Part shown: positions 50,479 to 61,301 of the stretch, piece by piece | How the letters are laid out: each line of letters begins with the position of its first letter | Numbering within the stretch: the first letter of the stretch is position 1 | DNA from: Thermodesulfobacteriota bacterium | GTDB taxonomy: Bacteria; Desulfobacterota; Desulfobacteria; Desulfobacterales; C00003060 | NCBI GenBank assembly: GCA_034189385.1 | Contig: JAXHVD010000008.1 | Location: 98,396-162,395, forward strand | Length of the DNA: 64,000 nt | Reading direction: 5' to 3' | Notes under the pieces: generated by a model | Told to the model about the DNA's origin: nothing | What the model saw: only the letters and a program-made list of their open reading frames with translations | The model's database searches: none | Made by a program: the position numbers and the translations under genes

Positions 50479-52506
50479 TTAAGATTTTCCAAGGATCTCC
50501 TTGGCGGTGCCAACAACAGCCTCAGTCGTAAAACCGAGTTTTTCCAACACAACGCCTCCAGGTGCAGAGGCCCCGAAGCGTCCCATACCGATGACCTTGC
50601 CCAGAGACCCCACGTAGCGCTCCCAGCCCATGGGCACACCAGCCTCTATGGCCAGGCGGGCAGGAACGTCCGGCGGAATCACGTCATGGCGATATTGCTT
50701 ATCCTGTGCCTCAAAGATTTCCCAACTCGGCATGCTGATAACGCGGGCGCCAACGCCTTGACGGGCCAGGTCCTCATGGGCAGCCAAGGCCAGATGGACC
50801 TCTGAGCCGGTGGCCAACAGGCAAATATCAGGCGCGCCCTGTGGCGCTTCGGCAAGGACATAGGCCCCCTTTAAAAGACCCTCGGCCGAGGCGTACTGGG
50901 TTCGGTCGATGATCGGGAGTTTCTGTCTGCTCAGGATCAAGGCAGTGGGGCCTTGCCTGCGGTTCAAGGCCAACTCCCAGGCGAATACCGTCTCGTTGGC
51001 ATCGGCGGGCCTCAAGACAACCAGATTGGGGATGGCTCGTAAGGCTGCCATGTGTTCCACTGGTTGGTGGGTAGGACCGTCTTCTCCAACGGCCACAGAA
51101 TCATGGGTGAACACATAGATCACCTGCAATTCCATGAGGGCTGCCAGCCGGATGGCGGGCCGCATGTAATCGGAAAAGACGAGAAATGTGGCCCCGTAGG
51201 GGACCAGGGCCTGGCTTAAGGCCATGCCATTGAGTATCCCTCCCATGGCGTGTTCCCGAATGCCAAAATGGATGTTCCTTCCGCAAGGATCTGTCTTGAG
51301 AACGCCCAGGCCTTTCACGAAGGTCTTTGTGGAAGGGGCAAGATCGGCAGAGCCCCCCAACAGGGCGCCAAGCCTTGGTGCGATGCCATCAAGGACTTTG
51401 CCTGAAGCACTGCGGGTGGCGATGGGGCCGTCGGCAGGTGCAAAGTTCGGGAGGGCCTCTTCCCATGCCTCCGGCCAATTTCTTTCATCAAAGGCCTTCC
51501 ATTGCTCGGCCAGATCGGGGTGTTCTTTGCCGTAACGGGCAAGGAGGCTCGCCCATTCCTTTTCCTGATCTTGGCCCCTTTGAACAGATTCTCTAAAACG
51601 CGCCAAGGCCTCTTTGGGAACATGGAACAGAGTCTCAGGCCAGTTCAGTCTCTCTCTTACAAGGGCGGCCTCTTCGGCTCCCAAGGGTTCGCCGTGGGCT
51701 GAGGCCTTGTCTTGTTTGTTCGGGCTTCCATAACCCAGATGGGTCCTGGCAATAATGAGAGAGGGTTTTCCGGTCTCTTTTTGGCCCCCGTCAATGGCCG
51801 AGGCAATTTGCGTCAAGTCGTAGCCGTCTACCTTCTGCACGTGCCATCCGTAAGCTTCAAAGCGTTTGCCAACATCTTCTGTGAAGGTGAGGGCGGTGTC
51901 CCCTTCGATGGTCACCTCGTTGTCTAGGTAGATGTAGATCAATCGGCCCAGACCGAGGTGCCCTGCCAGCGAAGCCGACTCTGATGTGATCCCCTCCATC
52001 ATGTCTCCATCGCTTACGAGAACATAAATAAAATAGTCACTTATGGGGTATCCCGGGCGGTTAAAGTACTGGGCCAGATACTCCTGGGCCATGGCCATGC
52101 CCACGGCATTGGAAAACCCCTGCCCCAAAGGGCCTGCCGTGGTCTCTACACCAGGGGTTGGACCGAATTCAGGGTGGCCTGGCGTCTTGCTCTCCCATTG
52201 GCGGAATTGGCGAATCTCTTCAAGGGAGAGATCGTATCCTGTGAGGTGGAGGAGGGCATAGAGGAGCATGGAACCGTGGCCTGCCGACAGGACGAACCGA
52301 TCACGGTTGGGCCAGCGCGGGTTGCTGGGATTGTGTTTCAGAAACTGGGTCCAAAGCACATAGCCTATATCTGCCGCTTCCATGGGCATTCCAGGGTGCC
52401 CGGAGCGGGCCTTTTCCACAGCATCCACAGCAAGCATGCGTATGGTGTTGATGCAGAGTTGGTCCAGCCTGTCTCCTCCCTTTCTTTTTTCAGCGTTCGT
52501 TGACAT
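50479..52506 (-). CDS. tkt: Transketolase
   Basis: [38 protein letters not shown] and GEDGPTHQP; probable start MSTNA. Confidence 0.97.
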   Translation of the reverse strand: MSTNAEKRKGGDRLDQLCINTIRMLAVDAVEKARSGHPGMPMEAADIGYVLWTQFLKHNPSNPRWPNRDRFVLSAGHGSMLLYALLHLTGYDLSLEEIRQFRQWESKTPGHPEFGPTPGVETTAGPLGQGFSNAVGMAMAQEYLAQYFNRPGYPISDYFIYVLVSDGDMMEGITSESASLAGHLGLGRLIYIYLDNEVTIEGDTALTFTEDVGKRFEAYGWHVQKVDGYDLTQIASAIDGGQKETGKPSLIIARTHLGYGSPNKQDKASAHGEPLGAEEAALVRERLNWPETLFHVPKEALARFRESVQRGQDQEKEWASLLARYGKEHPDLAEQWKAFDERNWPEAWEEALPNFAPADGPIATRSASGKVLDGIAPRLGALLGGSADLAPSTKTFVKGLGVLKTDPCGRNIHFGIREHAMGGILNGMALSQALVPYGATFLVFSDYMRPAIRLAALMELQVIYVFTHDSVAVGEDGPTHQPVEHMAALRAIPNLVVLRPADANETVFAWELALNRRQGPTALILSRQKLPIIDRTQYASAEGLLKGAYVLAEAPQGAPDICLLATGSEVHLALAAHEDLARQGVGARVISMPSWEIFEAQDKQYRHDVIPPDVPARLAIEAGVPMGWERYVGSLGKVIGMGRFGASAPGGVVLEKLGFTTEAVVGTAKEILGKS

Positions 52507-52892
52507 CCCTTGAGTAGATCCCACCGCTATCCTCCGTTTCTCATAGCTAGGTTGCGTTTCCTTTGACAGACGATAACCCACAAAATCGCCTTGGTCCATT
52601 GCGACACCGCTCAGGGGCCCAGAAACCGCTTGGCCCGGGGGCAGAGCCTCCTACATATGGCACAATCTTGTCTGGTTTTAAAGGCCTTGAGAAGGTTTTT
52701 TTCTGGTCCATACTTTTTCAATGAGGCTTGTCTAAACACAAGGTTGGCGGTTTCGTAAAAGGTCTTTTCTGCGCCTGAAATGCGCACGGAGCGAACAGAG
52801 AAGACTTGTTAGGATTTCATCAAGATCGAGATGCCGCAAAATTGACAATGTCTGGGGCGTCATATAGGTAGTAGGTTCTAAGGAGGCCAGCC

Positions 52893-53636
52893 ATGACATC
52901 ATATAAAGACGGGATCGCATTCCAGTATATGAAAGAGACCAAATACGATCGGGCTTCGATTCTTCGAAGAGGTGATTTTGGCCCGGTGCCCAGGGTTCCG
53001 GTGTACAAGCGCTATCCAGATGCCCGTAAGATCGTCTTGCCAAAGCCTACCTTTCCAGAGACAGGAACCCTATGGAGCATCTTAAACGAAAGGCGTTCAA
53101 GGCGGCGCTATACCCCTGAGCCGATCAGTACACAGACCCTGTCTACGCTGCTTTGGGCCACCCAGGGCATTACCCTCCATGCCTCTGGCTATCAATTCAG
53201 GACAGCCCCTTCGGCCGGAGCTCTCTATCCTGTGGAGACCTATTTGAGTGTCCACAATGTCGAGGGTGTGGAAAAGGGGGTCTATCATTTCAATGTGGCC
53301 GATTTCGCCCTGGAAGAAATAAGTTCTCAAGACTATGCTGGTTTTCTCACAGGGGCTGCCCTGGATCAGGGGATGGTTGCCAGAGGGGCCGTGCTTTTCA
53401 TATGGACCGCCGTCTTCCTTCGGTCCCTTTGGAAGTACCGTGACCGATGCGTGCGTTATGTCTGCATGGATGCGGGGCACATCGCACAGAATCTGCAGCT
53501 TGTGGCCACGGCCCTAGGTCTTGGTTGCTGTCCTATTGGGGCCTTTTATGACGACGAGGTCAATGGCGTCATCGGAGTGGATGGGGAGGAGGAAACGGCT
53601 CTCTACCTGGCAGCAGTCGGAAAGGTTGCTGCTTAG
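52893..53636 (+). CDS. SagB/ThcOx-type nitroreductase family protein
   Basis: RRSRRRY, RTAPSAGALYP, DAGHIAQN and IGAFYDD. Confidence 0.9.
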   Translation: MTSYKDGIAFQYMKETKYDRASILRRGDFGPVPRVPVYKRYPDARKIVLPKPTFPETGTLWSILNERRSRRRYTPEPISTQTLSTLLWATQGITLHASGYQFRTAPSAGALYPVETYLSVHNVEGVEKGVYHFNVADFALEEISSQDYAGFLTGAALDQGMVARGAVLFIWTAVFLRSLWKYRDRCVRYVCMDAGHIAQNLQLVATALGLGCCPIGAFYDDEVNGVIGVDGEEETALYLAAVGKVAA

Positions 53637-53798
53637 GCCATCGGGCTTGGAGTCATGGGGTACTTGATTTCATTTGACATTTTGAGGCTTTATAAGATAT
53701 GAGCGAGAATCATCTGGAACGAAAAGAGGGTGATGGTTCCTCAAGATAGGGGGTCATTCACCCCACGCTCGGCACCTAGGTGTGGATGAGAGGGTTCC

Positions 53799-55148
53799 AT
53801 GGATACCAGATCAAAACAGACTGATCAAATGAGACAAGATGCGCAGGAGATCTTTCTGGCAGGGCTCAAGGCTGTAGACGGAAAAGCTGCCATAGGGCGC
53901 CATTGCAGGGTCCACGACGACAGGTTTGAGGTGGATACCAGGGCCTATGACCTCCGGCAGTTTGAGAACATATACGTCATCGGAGCTGGCAAAGCTGGGG
54001 CCTCCATGGCCAAGGCCCTGGAAGAGATGTTGGGAGAAAGAATCACTGAAGGCCTTGTCAATGTGAAGTACGGCCACGTTGTTCCCCTCAGCCAGGTAAA
54101 GATCGTGGAAGCGGGACATCCTGTGCCTGACGAGGCTGGCCGTCAAGGGGCAGAGGCGATCATAGAACTGGTGAGCAGGGCCGGTAAGAAGGATCTGATT
54201 CTTTGTCTGATATCTGGTGGGGGGTCTGCCTTGCTTCCTTTACCCGTTGAGGGGGTGACCCTTTCTGACAAACAGGACACCACAAAGATCCTCCTTGCCT
54301 GTGGGGCCACCATCCATGAAATAAACGCCATTCGCAAACACATCTCAGTGGTCAAAGGGGGCGGCTTGGCCCGGGCGGCACATCCTGGAACCCTGATTTC
54401 CTTGATCCTGTCAGACGTTGTAGGAGACGACCTGGATGTCATTGCCTCAGGGCCAACAGTGCCGGATTCCAGTAGCTTCGATGCCTGCATGAAGATCTTT
54501 GACAAATATGGCATTGGTGGAAAGGTGCCCGCCGGTGTCTTGCATCATATCCAGAAAGGCGTGGAAGGGAAGGTGGCTGAGAACCCAAAAGAGGGAGATC
54601 CCATTTTTTCGGCCACGCAGAATGCCATCGTGGGGAGCAACATGGAGTGCGTGTTAGCGGCTGAAAACAAGGCCCGCGAGTTGGGGTATGGGACGCTGAT
54701 TCTCTCCACCATGCTCGAGGGGGAGACCAAAGAGGTGGCGCAGGTCCATGCCGGCATAGCAAAGGAAATCTTGAAGACAGGCCAGCCCTTGTCACTCCCG
54801 GCTTGCGTGCTCTCAGGTGGTGAGACGACCGTGACGATCAAGGGAGAGGGTTTGGGGGGACGAAATCAGGAGTTCGCACTGGCTGCGGCCATAGGCCTTG
54901 CGGGCTTAAAAGGGGTGGTCGTCATGAGTGGCGGGACAGATGGTACAGACGGGCCCACGGACGCTGCCGGGGCTGTGGCCGATGGACTGACCGTTGAACG
55001 GGCTCAAAGCCTGGGCTTGAACCCGGCTGCTTCTTTGTCCAACAATGATGCCTATCCCTTCTTTGATACACTCGGAGACCTCGTCAAGACTGGACCTACC
55101 AATACAAATGTCATGGATTTGCGCATCATGCTCATGGTGAAAGCTTGA
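53799..55148 (+). CDS. MOFRL-family glycerate 2-kinase
   Basis: GAGKA, AGHPVPD, ISGGGSAL, SDVVGD, GGETTV, GGRNQE, TDGTDG and TGPTNTNV. Confidence 0.93.
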   Translation: MDTRSKQTDQMRQDAQEIFLAGLKAVDGKAAIGRHCRVHDDRFEVDTRAYDLRQFENIYVIGAGKAGASMAKALEEMLGERITEGLVNVKYGHVVPLSQVKIVEAGHPVPDEAGRQGAEAIIELVSRAGKKDLILCLISGGGSALLPLPVEGVTLSDKQDTTKILLACGATIHEINAIRKHISVVKGGGLARAAHPGTLISLILSDVVGDDLDVIASGPTVPDSSSFDACMKIFDKYGIGGKVPAGVLHHIQKGVEGKVAENPKEGDPIFSATQNAIVGSNMECVLAAENKARELGYGTLILSTMLEGETKEVAQVHAGIAKEILKTGQPLSLPACVLSGGETTVTIKGEGLGGRNQEFALAAAIGLAGLKGVVVMSGGTDGTDGPTDAAGAVADGLTVERAQSLGLNPAASLSNNDAYPFFDTLGDLVKTGPTNTNVMDLRIMLMVKA

Positions 55149-55159
55149 TGAAGTCCGAC

Positions 55160-55571
55160 TTACTAGTGAGGTCATGGGTTATTTAGACAGAAGCTTACCG
55201 GCCGCTCCCCTTCGACATTGCTACATTCGGCCTGAGCTCATGTCGAAGGCAGGGTCGCTCAAGACGCAGAGGACGCAAAGAGATTCATTTTTTTGCTTTT
55301 CGCTGAGACGCCGAAAAGCAAAAAGCAACTTGCCCTTCGGACAGAACTAATCAGCACCAGTGATCTTTCAGTTTAAGTATTTTGAAATAGTCATAAACCC
55401 TAGACTTGCTATCCCTTTCTGTTGGCCATAGGCGATAGGTTCTTATGTTTTCCGGCGTCTCAGCGGAAAACATAAAGAAAAAATGGACTCTGCGCTCTTC
55501 GCGTCTTTGCGGTGAATATTTATTTCTACAATTGAGAGACTATGTCTGAATATTTCTTGGCGCGTTAGGAA
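55160..55571. repeat. Long nested-palindrome intergenic element (family B), copy 2, 412 bp, with a 47-bp nested hairpin at 55208-55254
   Basis: Shares identical 53-nt (55288-55340) and 32-nt (55443-55474) blocks with copy 1. Confidence 0.9.
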
Positions 55572-55589
55572 CATGGTGGAGGTACTGTC

Positions 55590-56852
55590 ATGAGTGAATT
55601 TCATCAAGAAGGCGAGATCACCACCATCCATGGGTTTTATGATCTTTTTGATCCTGAGGAACACCTCCACAGGCTGGAAAGAAAGCTGGAGAGGTTTTCC
55701 AGGCAGATGTGCATTAGCCTGCTTTTGCCGTGCCTCTATGATGAAATCCACGTGCCCGGGGTCCTGGACAATATTATAGCCCAGATCAACCGGGTGCAGT
55801 ATCTCTGTTCCGTTGTGGTGGCCCTAGGGGGTGCCAGGGAAGAGAGGGAGTTTGAGGAGGTAAAAGACTATTTCCGCAGCCTGAAAAGGGATGGCCGTGA
55901 CGTCAAAATCGTCTGGGTGGAAGGGGCTAGGATAGGCAGGATCTTCAAAAAACTAGAAGAGCAGAAGATCCCCATTGGGGTGCCAGGGAAAGGTCAGTCG
56001 GTGTGGATTACGCTGGGGTATCTTTTTGCAAGTGATGTCTGCGATATTATTGCCCTGCATGACAGCGATATCGTTACCTATGACCGCTTGCTCTTGGGTC
56101 GTCTGATCGAGCCCACGGCCAACCCGAACAATGACTTTGAATTCTGCAAGGGCTACTATGCCCGCATTTCTCCCACGGACAGAGAGATGAAGGGCAGGGC
56201 CAAGAGGCTTTTTGTGGCGCCCTTTGTGGAGGCCCTGGTCAGCATCATGCACGACGGGGGACACACGACGCTGGAGGAGTTCTTCCGTTATCATCGGGCC
56301 TTCCGTTATCCATTGGCCGGAGAGTTTAGTTTCTTAACGCGCCTTGCCCGGGCCATCAACATCGCCTACGACTGGGGCCTGGAGGTGAGCACGCTGTCGG
56401 AGGTATACAACCGTCTCACGCCAAAAAAGATCGCCCAGATTGACCTCTGCAGAAACTACGAACACAAGCACCAGGATCTGTCGGAACAGGATGCTAAGAC
56501 TGGTCTCCATCGGATGGTGGTGGATATTACCAAGTTCTATCTCAACTACATCCGTTCCCATGGCATGCCCATTGACGCCAGTTTTGTGGATATGCTGCAG
56601 CACACCTATTACAGTACTGCACTGAGCTTTGTGAAGAGTTACAGTGACGATGCAGAATCAAACGACCTGGTCTATGACCGACACCAAGAAGAGTTGACCG
56701 TGCGCTACTTCAGGGACTTCATTGTCACGGCCTGGGATCAGGCGAGGGAAGAGAAGGAGGGCACCCAGATTCCGTCGTGGAACCGGGTCATCTACTCTGT
56801 ACCGGACATCTATGATGATCTCTTGGAGGCTGTGGAAAGAGACAATGGATAG
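55590..56852 (+). CDS. Glucosyl-3-phosphoglycerate synthase-like glycosyltransferase
   Basis: FHQEG.ITT.H, GKGQSVW, LHDSDI, FCKGYYAR, FRYPLAGEF, DWGLEV and YEHKHQ. Confidence 0.78.
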   Translation: MSEFHQEGEITTIHGFYDLFDPEEHLHRLERKLERFSRQMCISLLLPCLYDEIHVPGVLDNIIAQINRVQYLCSVVVALGGAREEREFEEVKDYFRSLKRDGRDVKIVWVEGARIGRIFKKLEEQKIPIGVPGKGQSVWITLGYLFASDVCDIIALHDSDIVTYDRLLLGRLIEPTANPNNDFEFCKGYYARISPTDREMKGRAKRLFVAPFVEALVSIMHDGGHTTLEEFFRYHRAFRYPLAGEFSFLTRLARAINIAYDWGLEVSTLSEVYNRLTPKKIAQIDLCRNYEHKHQDLSEQDAKTGLHRMVVDITKFYLNYIRSHGMPIDASFVDMLQHTYYSTALSFVKSYSDDAESNDLVYDRHQEELTVRYFRDFIVTAWDQAREEKEGTQIPSWNRVIYSVPDIYDDLLEAVERDNG

Positions 56853-58352
56853 GTGGCTCGCTCCATGAAGGAGTCTTTAAAGGTCTGGTTTCTCTCACCA
56901 GAGGTGGCGCCCTTTGCCAAGACAGGGGGCCTGGCAGACATGGCGGGCTCATTGCCTGGAACCCTCAGGAAGTTGGGCGTGGATGTGAGGGTAGGACTTC
57001 CTTATTATCGGATGGTGCAGGAAGGACCTTTCTCCATCCGAAAGGCCTTAAGCGGGTTGGCGGTCCCCTCTGAAGGAGGGGAGTTAGAGGGGGAGGTGAT
57101 GGAGACAGAAACGCAAGACGGCGTCCCTGTCTACCTCTTTGGCAGGAAAGGCTTCTTTGACAGGGCGCACCTCTATGGCACCCCAGAAGGGGACTATCGT
57201 GACAACCTGAAACGATTTGCCTACTTCAGCCGTGGAGCCCTTGTTTTTGCCAGGGCCGTGGGATTTTCTTTTGATGTGGTCCATTGTCACGACTGGCAAA
57301 CCGGATTGGTTCCCGCCTATCTCAAGACCCTTTACCGGCAAGATCCTTTTTTCTCGCTGGCTGCCTCGGTTTTCACCGTTCACAACATGGGGTATCAGGG
57401 GCTTTTCCCTGCCGAGGAGTTGTCGGCCTCTGGGCTGCCAGCTTCTGAATTCCATCCAGAGGGCATTGAATATTGGGGAAATATCAGTCTGTTGAAGGCA
57501 GGTATCGTGTATGGGGATGTCATTACCACGGTAAGCCCCAGATACAGTAAGGAAATACAAACGCCGGAATTCGGACTCGGCATGGAGGCGCTGCTGGCAA
57601 ACAGATCGGCCGATCTATACGGCATCTTAAATGGGGCAGACGACAGTACCTGGAACCCGGCCACGGATTCCCATATCAAGGCCAATTACAGCGTGGGCCA
57701 TACAAGGGGCAAGGAGAGCTGCAAGGCGGCCCTGGTCCATGAGATGGGTCTTGATGAGCGCTTCCTGGATCGACCGGTCCTTGCCATGGTGTCTCGGCTT
57801 ACAGCGCACAAGGGCTATGATTTGCTCCTTGAGATCATAGAAGAGGTGGTGGCGCTCGATGCCGCGTTGGTGGTCTTGGCTACCGGTGAAGAGGCCTATG
57901 AACGGGCCTTGGGCCAGGTGGGACAGCGGTATCCTGAAAGCGTGGCAGTAAAGATAGGATTTGATGAGCCCCTTGCCCACCGCATTATGGCCGGGGCTGA
58001 TATGTTCTTGGCGCCTTCCCGTTATGAGCCCTGTGGACTGACGCAGATCTACGCCCTGAAATATGGGACAGTCCCCGTGGTCCGGGCCACAGGGGGCCTT
58101 GACGACACCATCGAGCCATTCCAGCCCAGGTCGGGGCAGGGAAACGGCTTCAAGTTTTCTGAGTACGAGGCAAAAGACTTTTTGGCCCAGATTAAGGAGG
58201 CCTTGCACGTTTACGGCGACAAGGCTCTTTGGCAGGTCCTGGTGGAAAATGGGATGGGGGCCGACTTTTCTTGGGAAGAGTCGGCACGGAGATATGTTGA
58301 GCTCTATGAAAAGGTAAAAGAGAAATCGTGGCGGCACATGAAGGCCCTTTGA
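56853..58352 (+). CDS. glgA: Glycogen synthase
   Basis: PFAKTGGLAD, HCHDWQ, TVHNMGYQG, TTVSPRY and PSRYEPCGLTQ. Confidence 0.95.
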   Translation: MARSMKESLKVWFLSPEVAPFAKTGGLADMAGSLPGTLRKLGVDVRVGLPYYRMVQEGPFSIRKALSGLAVPSEGGELEGEVMETETQDGVPVYLFGRKGFFDRAHLYGTPEGDYRDNLKRFAYFSRGALVFARAVGFSFDVVHCHDWQTGLVPAYLKTLYRQDPFFSLAASVFTVHNMGYQGLFPAEELSASGLPASEFHPEGIEYWGNISLLKAGIVYGDVITTVSPRYSKEIQTPEFGLGMEALLANRSADLYGILNGADDSTWNPATDSHIKANYSVGHTRGKESCKAALVHEMGLDERFLDRPVLAMVSRLTAHKGYDLLLEIIEEVVALDAALVVLATGEEAYERALGQVGQRYPESVAVKIGFDEPLAHRIMAGADMFLAPSRYEPCGLTQIYALKYGTVPVVRATGGLDDTIEPFQPRSGQGNGFKFSEYEAKDFLAQIKEALHVYGDKALWQVLVENGMGADFSWEESARRYVELYEKVKEKSWRHMKAL

Positions 58353-58396
58353 CCAAGGAGAAGGGATGGACGGACTTTTTCTGAAGGGAGTGTAAC

Positions 58397-60802
58397 ATGA
58401 CTAAGAAATTCAAGGAATTGTCTCCAAAAGACCTCCGGCTGCACATTGATCCCATGAGCATTGACATCGACTCAACCAGGAAGGTTCGTACTTCTGCCCA
58501 TAGGCTGGTGGGCCAGGACCGGGCCCTTGAGGCCATCAGGTTCGGCATGGGGATGAGTGATCCGGAATACAACATCTACGTGGCAGGCGCCACAGATACG
58601 GGGGCCACCTATATCGCCCGGTCGCTTTTGGAAGAGGCGGCCAAAGATGAACCCCCACCCCCTGATTGGTGCTACGTGCACAACTTCAGCGAACCGGACA
58701 AGCCCAAGGCCTTGAGCCTTGCCAGGGGGCAAGGCAAGGTCCTTGGGAAGGCCATGGACGACCTCGTTGGGACGCTCAAAACCAGTGTTCCCGCTGCCTT
58801 TTCAACAGATGACTACCAGTACAACGAACAGGTCCTTAAAAAGGAGTTTGAACACCAGCGCCGCCAGGTCATTGATGGCCTGAGGAATAAGGTGGAGAAA
58901 GCAGGCTTCCTTTTGCGAGTGGACCCGCAAGGCATTTCGATCATACCGGGCAAGGACGGCAAGGTCATTCCTCCAGAAGAGTTGGCTGATTATTCGGCCG
59001 AGGAGAAGAAGGCGTTGCGGAACAGGGGAGACAAGCTCTCTGTGAAGATGAATCAGGCGATGGTCGATATCGGCAGGCTCGAGTCCGACTACTTGGCGAA
59101 ACGAGAGAAACTGCATGAAAAAGTCGCCCGCACGGTCGTGGGAAAGGGGATGAAGCCTATTTTTCAGGAGTTTAAGAAAGACGAGGGGGTGACGCAGTAC
59201 CTTAAAAACGTAGAAGAGGACATCCTCCAGAACATTCAGGACTTTCGGAAAGGCACTGAGGAACAGGCAGCCCAGGGACCTTTGGCCGCAAAGGGCGCCT
59301 CCAATAACAAGTATAAGGTGAACGTCTTGATCAGCAGTCCTGAGGCAACAGGGGCCCCAGTGGTCTACGCGTCCAATCCCACCTACCCGGCGCTTTTTGG
59401 GAGCATTGAAAAAGAGGCGGTTTTCGGGGCCTTGGTGACTGATTTTACGATGATCAAACCGGGCGCTTTGCACGAGGCCAATGGAGGATACCTTGTGTTA
59501 AAGGCCGGTGAAATCTTGAAATGGTATTTCGCCTGGGAGGCCCTTAAACGGGCCGTTCGGCACAAAGAGGTGAAGATTGAGGATCTGGGTGAGATGTTCG
59601 GATTCATGACCACGAAGACCTTGAAGCCTGAACCCATCCCCCTTGATGTGAAGCTTGTGGTCACCGGTGATCCCTATCTGTATGAGCTTCTCTACATCTA
59701 TGACGACCGTTTCAAGCAGATGTTTAAGATCAAGGCCCACCTGGACGACCGGGCCGATCGGAGCAAGGCCAATATTCGTCAATGCGTTCGCTGTATGGCA
59801 AGGTTTTGTGAAGAGCAGAAGCTGAAGCATGTGGATCGGACGGGGATCGCCAGACTCATGGAGTATAGCCTGGAGCTCACGGGCAACAAGGACAAGATGA
59901 CCCTTCGGCTGGGGATGGTCGCCGACATCATGAAAGAGGCCAATTACTGGGCCGAGCAGGGAAAGGCAGAGTATGTTGGTGCTGCCCACGTGGAAAAGGC
60001 CTTGGAAAAGAAACGGTACCGCGCCAGCCTCGTAGAAGAGCGGGTCCAGGAGCTGGTCAAAAAAGACATCTTCTGGGTGGAGACCAAGGGGCACAAGGTG
60101 GGCCAGATCAATGGACTGAGCATCCTTCAGACTGGTGACCACTTTTTCGGTAAGCCCGGCCGCATCACGGCCAACGTCTCCATGGGCAAAGAAGGGGTCA
60201 TCACCATCGATCGACAGTCCCGACTGAGCGGCAAGTTTCATACCAAGGGCGTCATTATCCTGAGCAGTTACCTGCGGGAACACTTTGCCGAAGACAAGCC
60301 CCTGGCCTTGACGGCCAGTCTCTGCTTTGAGCAGACCTACGGTATGGTAGACGGCGACAGCGCGTCGAGCACAGAGCTCTTTGCCCTGCTCTCTGCCATC
60401 GCCCATGTTCCCATCTTCCAAAGCATTGCCGTCACAGGGTCGGTGAGCCAAAAGGGGGAAATCCAACCGGTAGGCGGCGTCACGCGGAAGATCGAAGGCT
60501 TTTTTGACGTCTGCGAACACAAGGGCCTTACGGGCGAGCAAGGGGTCATCATCCCCCAGAAATGCGTGAAGGACCTCATGCTAAAGCGGGAAGTGGTAGA
60601 CGCTGTGAAGGATGGCCGTTTCCATGTCTATCCGATCAAGACCATTGAGCAGGGTATTGAGATCTTGACGGGGATGAAGGCGGGCAAGCGGCGAAAAAGT
60701 GGCACCTATCCCAAGGGGACCCTTTTTCGGCTCGTCGATGACCGGCTAAGAGAGATGGCTGAAAAGGCCAGAGACTTTGCCAAAGAAAAACAGGAGAAGT
60801 AG
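58397..60802 (+). CDS. Lon-like (LonB/LonC type) protease
   Basis: VGQDRA, DWCYVHNF, GALHEANGGYL, GQINGLS and the Ser-Lys dyad motifs DGDSASS and GGVTRKIEGFF. Confidence 0.92.
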   Translation: MTKKFKELSPKDLRLHIDPMSIDIDSTRKVRTSAHRLVGQDRALEAIRFGMGMSDPEYNIYVAGATDTGATYIARSLLEEAAKDEPPPPDWCYVHNFSEPDKPKALSLARGQGKVLGKAMDDLVGTLKTSVPAAFSTDDYQYNEQVLKKEFEHQRRQVIDGLRNKVEKAGFLLRVDPQGISIIPGKDGKVIPPEELADYSAEEKKALRNRGDKLSVKMNQAMVDIGRLESDYLAKREKLHEKVARTVVGKGMKPIFQEFKKDEGVTQYLKNVEEDILQNIQDFRKGTEEQAAQGPLAAKGASNNKYKVNVLISSPEATGAPVVYASNPTYPALFGSIEKEAVFGALVTDFTMIKPGALHEANGGYLVLKAGEILKWYFAWEALKRAVRHKEVKIEDLGEMFGFMTTKTLKPEPIPLDVKLVVTGDPYLYELLYIYDDRFKQMFKIKAHLDDRADRSKANIRQCVRCMARFCEEQKLKHVDRTGIARLMEYSLELTGNKDKMTLRLGMVADIMKEANYWAEQGKAEYVGAAHVEKALEKKRYRASLVEERVQELVKKDIFWVETKGHKVGQINGLSILQTGDHFFGKPGRITANVSMGKEGVITIDRQSRLSGKFHTKGVIILSSYLREHFAEDKPLALTASLCFEQTYGMVDGDSASSTELFALLSAIAHVPIFQSIAVTGSVSQKGEIQPVGGVTRKIEGFFDVCEHKGLTGEQGVIIPQKCVKDLMLKREVVDAVKDGRFHVYPIKTIEQGIEILTGMKAGKRRKSGTYPKGTLFRLVDDRLREMAEKARDFAKEKQEK

Positions 60803-60843
60803 ACGGGGCAGATTCGCCAGAGTTGATGGATCCGTGAGAAGTT

Positions 60844-60872
60844 GTCACCCCGGTGGAAACCGGGGTCCAGGA
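60844..60872 (+). repeat. REP-like palindrome (family C), inverted relative to 61433-61461
   Basis: GTCACCCCGGTGGAAACCGGGGTCCAGGA matches the reverse complement of TCCTGGACCCCGGTTTTCACCGGGGTGAC at 28/29 positions. Confidence 0.8.
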
Positions 60873-60937
60873 GCATTTCAACTGGCTGGGAGTTCTGGAT
60901 TCTGGATCAGGCAACATCCCGTTGAACGGAGGGGATA

Positions 60938-61297
60938 ATGGCAGGCAGCATGTGGGTTTTTGCAGTGTGCGGCGTGGTCGTGGGCGTCGGTGCGGCCTTC
61001 TCTGGATTGGGAGGGGGCTTTCTCATGGTGCCCCTGCTGCTTTTTCTGGGCTACTCGGCCCAGAAGGCCGTGGGGACGTCCTTTCTGGCCATCTTTGTCA
61101 TCTCCATTTCTGCCCTTATCGCCCACAATAGACTGGCCAATGTGGACTACAAGGCCGGGATTCTGCTCGGCCTGGGTGGGATCATTGGGGCGCAGATCGG
61201 CGCCCACCTGGTGGAACACATTTCAACAGCCAATTTCCGCAAGGTCTTTTCTTTCATCCTCTTGGGCCTGGCAGCCTATCTCTTTTTGAAAAAGTGA
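60938..61297 (+). CDS. Half-size TauE/SafE (TSUP) family membrane protein
   Basis: GLGGGFLMVPLL, AVGTS and GAQIGA in 119 aa. Confidence 0.85.
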   Translation: MAGSMWVFAVCGVVVGVGAAFSGLGGGFLMVPLLLFLGYSAQKAVGTSFLAIFVISISALIAHNRLANVDYKAGILLGLGGIIGAQIGAHLVEHISTANFRKVFSFILLGLAAYLFLKK

Positions 61298-61301
61298 GAA
61301 G

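Noticed and set aside
39911..55571. Repeats interpreted as a CRISPR array or a DGR template/variable pair
   Set aside because: Copies are dispersed with no repeat-spacer periodicity, differences are not adenine-specific, and no cas or reverse transcriptase gene is present.
57627..60541. Long antisense ORFs (e.g. 57627-58337 and 59498-60541; many similar elsewhere)
   Set aside because: Shadow ORFs opposite well-supported genes, expected from codon bias in GC-rich DNA.
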